Shown: positions 56,890 through 64,000 of the stretch, piece after piece | How positions within the stretch are numbered: position 1 is the stretch's first letter | How the letters are laid out: every line of letters starts with the position of its first letter | Source of the DNA: a virus | Taxonomy: Duplodnaviria > Caudoviricetes | Virus record (IMG/VR): IMGVR_UViG_2836755666_000005 | Coordinates: 21,275-85,274 of that record | DNA: 64,000 bases | Strand: one strand, 5' to 3' | The notes under the pieces: generated by a model | The model's database searches: none | What the model saw: the letters and a program-made list of their open reading frames with translations, nothing else | What the model was told of the DNA's origin: nothing | Translations under genes and position numbers: made by a program

Positions 56890-57315
56890 TTACTCATCAA
56901 TATTTATTGATCTGAGCATTTCTTTTGTAATTTTTTCATTTTCACTTTTTGAAAGTAAAATGGGTCCCTCAAATTTGCAATACGCTTTATTTGTTCTCCA
57001 TGCCCTCCATACCACATGAGGATTTAGAACATAGACATTACTTGTACCCATTTTTAGAATGGTTATAAATCCGTTATCTTTTAAACACTTAATAGCTAAA
57101 CTTACAGTTGTTCTTTTTTTACCCGTAACTTCTTCAAGAACACGATGTGAGCAAACTACCGCATTATTTTTATTCATAAATTCGGTTAAGAATAAAAAAA
57201 TATCACCCGAAACGGTATTTTTCTTAAATATCTCTCTAACAGCACCAATATTTTTTTCGGAAAATTGAATAAAAAGGTCTTTATTTTTCCGCATATCCAC
57301 ATTATCTATAAACAT
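56890..57315 (-). CDS. RepL-family replication protein (cassette 1)
   Basis: FLFLTEFMNKNNAVVCS, RTTVSLAIKCL, NVYVLNPHVVW; aaacat/gaacat repeats upstream. Confidence 0.75.
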   Translation of the reverse strand: MFIDNVDMRKNKDLFIQFSEKNIGAVREIFKKNTVSGDIFLFLTEFMNKNNAVVCSHRVLEEVTGKKRTTVSLAIKCLKDNGFITILKMGTSNVYVLNPHVVWRAWRTNKAYCKFEGPILLSKSENEKITKEMLRSINIDE

Positions 57316-57549
57316 ATAGGTTCACAATTTTAAACATCTGTTTATGTAAAACTATAAACACAGTTGTTATTAATGTCAAACACCTTTTATGAAAAAACGA
57401 ACATCTATTTATAAACACATGTTCGATAATACTGAACATATATGTTCAGTAGCTTGTTAAACATATAAAAAATTAAAATTATTTAAAATCAAAAACTTAA
57501 CATCTAGTTCTCCTCTCTTAATCTTGAAGTTTTGGAGAGAGCTACATAC

Positions 57550-57770
57550 AACTCATTAGCAACAAACTAACTTCAGCTTCCTCGTCGACGCTGTTCGGTG
57601 CTCGCAAGCTGCGCTCCGTCTCAACGTCTCCTGCGTTAAAAAAAACCAAAAAATCTTTTTAAAATTTAACCGCCCCCGCTCGCCACAGCCAAGTGACCGA
57701 GCAACGCGAGCGAACGGGCGAGGAAGCGGAAGATAACCGGAAGTTACAGAAAGCACGGTCACTCGAAAAT
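57550..57770. other. pas/ssi-like cassette arm
   Basis: Homologous to the other arms; abuts a truncated luxR at 57771-57869. Confidence 0.55.
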
Positions 57771-57865
57771 TACAGAGATTTCTCAATAGGTTTTGCCCAT
57801 ACTTACCCAATGAAGCACCTCATTTTCACGCTTGGTTAATCTTCTGAATAATTTTAAATCGGAGT

Positions 57866-58000
57866 TCATGCCGCACCTCCGACTCTATTCAGAATTCGGG
57901 CGCGTTGACGAAGGGTTAAATTGCGTGAGGTTCGAGCAAATAACTCGATTATTTGATTCGGTGCTTCACAGACAAGCACGCGGAAGGTAGACTTTTTCAT
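57866..58000 (-). CDS. 44-aa K-type leader peptide
   Basis: MKKSTFRVLVCEAPNQ...GGAA. Confidence 0.6.
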   Translation of the reverse strand: MKKSTFRVLVCEAPNQIIELFARTSRNLTLRQRARILNRVGGAA

Positions 58001-58068
58001 AGCCTTACTCCTATCACAGTTAGGTTTAGGGTTAGCTTTACGTCAGTGTTAGAGCACTGGCGTAAAGT
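57998..58068 (+). ncRNA. Putative antisense RNA, hairpin near 58036-58067
   Basis: ctttacgtcagtg/cactggcgtaaag. Confidence 0.45.
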
Positions 58069-58069
58069 G

Positions 58070-59033
58070 TTATACTTCTATTTTTGCTATCTTTTTGGCT
58101 TTCATCATAAAGGAATTAGTATAATTATTATCCCCTTCCTTCATTATTGAAATAAATGCTAACGCCTCTGCTTTAGAAGCCTCACCTTTATCTATCTTAG
58201 AGGCTAAATAATCAATAAATTCAACTAACTTACTATCTTGTTCTTCTTTGTTTATATTGTTAGTTTCTTTTTTATCTGATACTTTATATTTTAGCTTTAT
58301 GATTATTTTATCAGTATCGGTATACTTTCTTCCTATTCTTTGTATAGAGAAACCTGAAGGTAAGTCTGAATCGAATTCCCATATACCATCTGATTTTTTT
58401 ACAATATTAAGAATTGGACGTTGAATAACTGTCTTTTTGAAGTCATTGAATTTATTAAATTTTCTATAGTCAGACCCAACCATCTTACAAAATTCACCAA
58501 GCGTCGTTGTATAACCATTAATTTTAAATCTACTAACAAGTTCAAGGATTCTTTTTTCATACCCACCTCTTAATGAAAGTAAAAGTTTTAAGTCAACCTC
58601 TGCAAAACCTTTGCTATAATCAAGCATATACTTAATTGCTTCATCTCCAACATCAAGAGTAAGCACGCCATTCCTAAATTCTGCATAACTACAAAAGGAT
58701 ATACGCTCAAAATATTCCATTTGTGTATTTTTGATTTCAACAAACCGTGAAATAAGATGCTTAGTTGCTTCATCTAAAGTTATGTACAATGCCTGTCTAG
58801 ATAAATTAAACAAATTCAATTAATTCACCAGTCGAAAATTTAAATCTTTTTGACATAGCATTAGCGTCTTCATTACCGAATTTAATTTTATCTGCCTCAC
58901 GTTTTAAGCCAACAAAAATCAAACTTAATAAATCTTGTTCTCTAGGTGAGAGGCTCATCCTCGAAGCTATAAAGTGGTGTGACTTTTTAACTTTTGTTCC
59001 CATGATGGCAGTAACTTTAAGAATATTGTTCAT
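58070..59033 (-). CDS. Rep_3-family initiator (indel near 58815)
   Basis: VKKSHHFIASRMSLSPREQDLL, YEKRILELVSRFK, FNDFKKTVI. Confidence 0.78.
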
Positions 59034-59049
59034 ATGTGGATTTAATTAT

Positions 59050-59428
59050 AATAAAATCCGCATATAGTCAAATAAAATCCGCCAAAAAAATATCAAATAA
59101 TATATTCTTAACAAAACAGATGATTATAATTGTATAAATAACAAAGATGAGCAAATTTACATCAAATTTTGCTTGCATTTTAAACAAATACACCATGAAT
59201 AAATGTAAATTCATGCTTGTTAATAGTATTTAAAACGAATCCGCCTATAGTAAAAAACATAACCGCATAAAAAGAATATCTAATTAAAACGAATCCGCCT
59301 ATAGTAAAAAACATAACCGCATAACATCTATTATATAAAGTAAAATCAATAACTTAATCTTGGTCTTTACCTTTCTTTTACCTTATAAATAAAATACCTT
59401 TATTTACCGTAATCCACCTGTGGATAAC
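59050..59428. promoter_or_regulatory. Origin: aaatccgc repeats, two ~41-bp ttaaaacgaatccgcctatagtaaaaaacataaccgcataa repeats, DnaA box 59419-59427
   Basis: Repeats seen directly upstream of Rep_3. Confidence 0.8.
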
Positions 59429-59462
59429 TTTTCCCATCTAAACCGAGAAGTATGTTACTACT

Positions 59463-59560
59463 GAGTGACCGTATTTCTCTTTTGCAATTGTGATATTCCG
59501 CTTCCTCGTCTGCTCACTCGCTTCGCTCGGTCACAGACTGTGGCGAGCGTAGGAATTTTA
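59463..59560. other. pas/ssi-like element, near-identical to 7101-7200
   Basis: Shared gagtgaccgtatttctc...cggtcacagact. Confidence 0.55.
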
Positions 59561-59631
59561 ATCAAAAAAATTTTCAATATTCAATCTCGATTACTACTAT
59601 TATTAGTAATATTTTTTAAGGGAGTTTACAC

Positions 59632-59817
59632 ATGGTTACTAAATTAACTATTGGGGCTATTTGTTTATGTTTAACTTATTCTGTATCTGCCCAAAAAACA
59701 CACCAAATACCAGGAAATCTTGACGCCTGTTGGACAGTTGATGGGGATCGCTGTTGTAAACGACCATGGGGAGAAATTGAATGTTATCACGGGCAAGATA
59801 GACAATCGCCTTTATAG
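59632..59817 (+). CDS. Small secreted Cys-rich peptide
   Basis: RBS agggag; signal peptide ending VSA; mature part C-x7-CC-x8-C. Confidence 0.55.
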   Translation: MVTKLTIGAICLCLTYSVSAQKTHQIPGNLDACWTVDGDRCCKRPWGEIECYHGQDRQSPL

Positions 59818-59952
59818 ATTTTTATTATGCAAAATTGATCAAGTTAGTATTATCTATATATTTTTGTCAGATAATTTAATCAAGATATTGCACTATACAG
59901 GCTATACAACTAGCATCTCTTGGATTAACGTATCCACTAATTCAGGCACACC

Positions 59953-60225
59953 ATGAACAAAACAGAACTCATCAGCAAAGTTGCAGAGAAATCAGGCTTA
60001 AGCAAGAAGGACTCAGAGAAGGCGGTTAATGCTTTCATCGAAACGGTGACAGAGGCTTTGAAAGCGGGAAATGATGTACAGCTTATTGGCTTTGGCAGCT
60101 TTCAGGTGAAGCCCCGAGCAGCCAGAGATGGACGCAATCCAAAAACGGGCGAGACTCTTAAAATTGCTGCTTCAAACGTACCGAGTTTTAAAGCGGGTCA
60201 AAGACTCAAAGAGGCGGTTAAGTAA
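59953..60225 (+). CDS. HU-family DNA-binding protein
   Basis: HU signature. Confidence 0.95.
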   Translation: MNKTELISKVAEKSGLSKKDSEKAVNAFIETVTEALKAGNDVQLIGFGSFQVKPRAARDGRNPKTGETLKIAASNVPSFKAGQRLKEAVK

Positions 60226-60228
60226 TTC

Positions 60229-60501
60229 ATGACCTATGACGCAAAGTCAATTCGCATTCTACGTGAAGACGAAATTAAACAGTTTGACTGGCATTGGGCT
60301 GAGGAATTAGCCCACGAACACATTTTGCCCCTAGATTGGGTCAAACGCGGATTTGAAGCATCAAGACGACTCGGTATTGAACCAGAATTCTTCGTCAACA
60401 AGTATATCCTCAAACAGGACCTCCCCAAAAATGACGAATTCGAGCAAGTCTTCATCGAAGTGCTAAAGGAAGACAGAAAGAAGAGTCAGAATACCCTCTA
60501 A
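60229..60501 (+). CDS. Hypothetical 90-aa protein
   Basis: Identical to 17960..18232. Confidence 0.75.
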   Translation: MTYDAKSIRILREDEIKQFDWHWAEELAHEHILPLDWVKRGFEASRRLGIEPEFFVNKYILKQDLPKNDEFEQVFIEVLKEDRKKSQNTL

Positions 60502-60716
60502 AAGCTCCTGTAATCCATTATGAGCCGTTTTCTCGAAAAAAACGTAAATTCGCACAGCTTTAAATTTATCGTCACTCACAATGCGTTTGGTGAATTTTGA
60601 TTTTTGATTTCAGAGAAAAAAGCCAACCCCGACGGTTGGCAAAAGATGTAATCATGTTTGAGCTAAAAATCTAACTACTCGTTTAGTGTGGCGCTTAATC
60701 TGAAAATTTCAAATCG

Positions 60717-61076
60717 TCACAAATTACCAAAAATATTTTTGGCGTTTTTTCGGGTTTCAAATACCCTTAAATCGTCGATTGAATTCAATGACTCCAATTC
60801 AACATGCTCATCATGAAAATTAGACATTTTGTTTTTTAACACGGTTTCCATCACTTTCGTGATTTCTTCCAGTGTGGTTTTGTCTGTCAAAAGTTCACTC
60901 AGCATATAAATTAATCTAGGCTCTTGTTTGAAAAGTGCCACACCGGATAAAAACGCCGCGCGCATGAATTTCCCTCTTTCACCTTGCGGCATATTCTCCA
61001 ATACTTCGGCTGTGTACTTGTCAGCACCGTGTCTATCAGGATTGATATAAAATTGAATTTTTCTACGTGTGTCCAT
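60717..61076 (-). CDS. ParR/StbB-family protein
   Basis: Paralogue of 17360..17722. Confidence 0.85.
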   Translation of the reverse strand: MDTRRKIQFYINPDRHGADKYTAEVLENMPQGERGKFMRAAFLSGVALFKQEPRLIYMLSELLTDKTTLEEITKVMETVLKNKMSNFHDEHVELESLNSIDDLRVFETRKNAKNIFGNL

Positions 61077-61083
61077 TTCTGTA

Positions 61084-62041
61084 TCACCCTATAGAAAACA
61101 TGCCATTGACCAAATCAAACTGAGGGTTTTCGCTTTTAAAAAATCTGTCTTCCCTCGTTACACAGTGGGATTTAATTGCATCAGCAATAATTTCTGCACC
61201 TCCACCTATCACCATCACATGGGTATACCCACTGAATGTATTAACGGCGTCCAGTACACGATTAATCAGTCGATGTTTTGATTCCTTGAGTGAAGCAAGA
61301 ACCTGATTTATTTGGCTTGCATCGTTGATACGGCGTTTTAAGTAATTCATATCGTGACTGTTGATGATAATATCATCCGCCAAGTAGTTGCTGCCGTTGG
61401 TTTTTGCCAAACTAAGCGCTTCTTTGACAGATTGCGTCATCATTGAGACACCTAGATGAGAGTTTCCGTATATCTTCGACACACCACTCATTTTTCCCAT
61501 CACTTGCGCTATATCCAGCGTTGTACCCCCTAAATCCACAATCAAAAGCGAGTCGAGGTCATCAAGCGCTTTTGCTATGGAAAATCCAGCAGGGATGGAT
61601 TCCGGCATGACTTCAACATTTATGATGTTAAAAGTTTGTCCACCTTTAACTTCAACCAATTTTTTAAAATTGTCTTTTTTCCTCTGTATGTTCGCAAAAT
61701 TCGGCTGATTTTTGGTATCGAAATATTCAGCAATCGGCAAAGAGACGACGATTTCCACATCTTGAGGGGGTAATTTTGACTGGAGTAAGGCGTGATGCAC
61801 TGCAATTACATTCACATCGCTATACTGATATCCCACATTGGTTGTCGTAACAGCAATAGGACTTATCGCATCGAAAGAGTACATTTCGCCATTGATGGTA
61901 TAATTTTGAACTATTGCTGTCACCAAAAGAAACTGACCAATCACGCTTAAAGCTATTTGGGCTAATGAAGTGTTTCTGAATTCCTTCCTCACTCCATGAT
62001 AATTTGATATTTGTTGAGCCATCATCGATATATATTTTCAC
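61084..62041 (-). CDS. parM: ParM/StbA ATPase (one indel near 61905)
   Basis: [30 protein letters not shown]. Confidence 0.9.
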
Positions 62042-62705
62042 GAGTCACCATTGAGAAAAATAAGAGATAATTAAATTTAAAATATGAGAATAACATAATC
62101 ATTTTAAGGTTTTTAAAATGCCACTTATTCTCAAAATAAGTCTCAATATAAGTTATTAATTGGTAACTTTAAGAGATAAAATGAGTTTATTCCGGTTAGG
62201 TGAGATAAATGAGAGATATTACAGAGAAAATATTGAGATGTTCTATTTGATAGTAAAAAAACGCCAGATATCCAATATCCGGCGTCTAGAGGTAGAAGAG
62301 ATTTTAGGAATTTATTTCCGATTGCAAATTTGAAATTTAAAAAAGTGAAATTTTTTTGCTCACGTAAGTCGTTGATTTTGATCACTTTATTTTAATCTCA
62401 AATTTCACGTAAGTTATTGAAATAGATCGAATTATTGACATGGTGAAATTTCTGTTTACAATTTAGAAATCAATTTTTAGCTGTTTTTTGTACGGCTTTT
62501 GCTCTTTCACAATTTGGGGTTTACCTCTCTGTGGTTCGCAGAGCACATAATGTGATTTTTGGCATTCTGTGTTGTGTTTTTTATTCAATAACACCGTTAT
62601 CCACATTCAATCGATTTGTGGAAATCGTATTTAAAATCTTCGTTTTGACGAGGGTTGTTATCGTCTGAAATTCAGAAATCAAAATATAGCGTTCAGGAGA
62701 GAGGT

Positions 62706-62985
62706 ATGCCCCAAAAAATCATCTTTCTTCAAAAGAGAGATAACGTCAAAAGAAGGAAAATACTTCGTGCAATTGAGTTTTCGAGAGAAAAAAGCGGAAC
62801 AACAGGTATTTAACCAAAAACTCAAAAAAGCCTTTTGGCGACACGAAAATCCACGTCAGCAGTTACGGGATTTTCAAACGACAGATAGTAGTTTACGCCA
62901 ATCTGTTTATGAATCACCGCAAAAAACAGCAAAAACAAAAAATCATCGAACAGAAAGCGCATATTGATGCGCTCTTTGGAATTAA
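62706..62985 (+). CDS. Hypothetical basic protein (frameshifted paralogue of 15423..15701)
   Basis: FNQKLKKAFWRHENPRQQLRDFQ shared. Confidence 0.5.
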
Positions 62986-63084
62986 AGCCTTTCTTTGTCA
63001 TTTTTCAACCACATCAGGGAAATCACACGTTATTTCATATTTTTATGAACTTGTTTGCACAATTTTAATAATTGGAGTGATTGA

Positions 63085-63870
63085 GTGAAAAGTGCCGCTA
63101 CATTACGACTGATAGGTAATCCTCATGCATATTATCCAAATTTAGCCAAACCGCTTGGCGGATTAACCTCAGCAATTCTTTTTTCCCAAATATTTTACTG
63201 GCAGGACAAAGCGAATTCTGAATTAGGGGTTTACAAAACTCGAGCTGATCTCGAAGAAGAAACCGGATTGACACATGACGAACAACGAACAGCAATAAAA
63301 AAATTAGTTTCAATCGGTGTGTTAATCGTGACTGAAAAGCGTCTTGAACACAAAACTTATTACCGGATTGACGAAGAAAAATTAAACGAGATTCTGGATA
63401 ATTTCGCCAATTCAAAAAAGGGATTTTCGCGAGATGGAGAAAGTGGAGCTCCCGAAGTAGACATTGTCGAGTTCGGGGAATCGACATTATCGAGTTCGTT
63501 AGATCAAGAGATTACTACAAAGATTACTACAATAGATCCCTCTATAATCTCCCTTACGAAAAAATCGAAGGTTTTTGACCCAAATTCGCTAGAACTTCCA
63601 AACTGGTTATCAAGATCAACTTGGCATTCTTGGTTGCAGTACCGCAAGGAAATTAACAAACCAGTCAAATCCAAAATGACGGTTAACCAGACTATCAAGC
63701 TGTTGGCAAAGTGCCGTGATAGGGGTTATTCGCCAGAAGACATCATCAACACCAGTATCGCCAATGGCTGGCAAGGACTTTTTGAACCCAAAGAGACCCA
63801 AACGCAGAAATCCCGATTTGGATTTAAAGAGATCGCCAAAACGGATGTTTTCATCACCGATGATTTTTGA
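63085..63870 (+). CDS. Phage replication initiator protein
   Basis: LFSQIFYW..VYKT..EETGLT wHTH; SIANGWQGLFEPK; paralogue precedes dnaC. Confidence 0.78.
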   Translation: MKSAATLRLIGNPHAYYPNLAKPLGGLTSAILFSQIFYWQDKANSELGVYKTRADLEEETGLTHDEQRTAIKKLVSIGVLIVTEKRLEHKTYYRIDEEKLNEILDNFANSKKGFSRDGESGAPEVDIVEFGESTLSSSLDQEITTKITTIDPSIISLTKKSKVFDPNSLELPNWLSRSTWHSWLQYRKEINKPVKSKMTVNQTIKLLAKCRDRGYSPEDIINTSIANGWQGLFEPKETQTQKSRFGFKEIAKTDVFITDDF

Positions 63871-64000
63871 TTGGCAGAAAAAACATTGGCATTTGGATTT
63901 TTAGCTGAAATTGAAAATTCAATCTCAAATTATCGCTCAGACCCCCTCTAAAACGCTCTGTAATCCATTCTGAGCCATTTTTTCGGAAAAAATGTAAATT

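Noticed and set aside
53450-58070. Hairpins as integron attC sites
   Set aside because: Too short, no RYYYAAC/GTTRRRY ends, no IntI nearby; G.U bias points to RNA structure.
4990-62985. Widespread frameshifts as true pseudogenisation or phase variation
   Set aside because: Most sit in homopolymer runs, and otherwise near-identical IS91 and paralogous copies differ in run length (near 5000, 49940, 50168), which points to long-read error. Polishing is needed.
1-64000. tRNA, rRNA, reverse transcriptase/retron/DGR, protelomerase
   Set aside because: No recognisable motifs seen by eye; not excluded without covariance or HMM searches.

Overview
AT-rich mosaic of phage-plasmid DNA from an enterobacterial host. 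An insect symbiont such as Arsenophonus is plausible, but that is inference. At least three related backbones are fused. Remnant C (5.8-7.6 kb) holds an RPA-type repA, iterons and HU. Element A (7.7-45.2 kb) holds terminase, a tyrosine recombinase, a candidate pore-forming toxin, a lysis cassette, rep/dnaC, parMR, HU, phytochelatin synthase, Rep_3 and RepL-like replicons, LuxR-type regulators, recE/recT, gtrABC and a contractile tail operon; its portal/head genes are missing and the capsid gene is truncated. Element B (47-64 kb) is an inverted paralogue of A's early region. IS91 (at least 6 copies, some tandem or read-through), IS3 and an IS21 remnant interrupt these. The most striking structure is at 53.3-59.6 kb, with one more unit at 21.2-22.7 kb. 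It is a stacked array of different replicon cassettes: conserved ColE1-pas-like arm, private repeat-rich origin, distinct Rep gene, distinct hairpin, conserved leader-peptide arm. Eight sequence-diverse hairpins pair best on the antisense strand and sit behind antisense promoter motifs, which suggests a family of cassette-specific antisense RNAs. Many frameshifts fall in homopolymers and are probably long-read errors. All calls come from reading the sequence; no searches were run.
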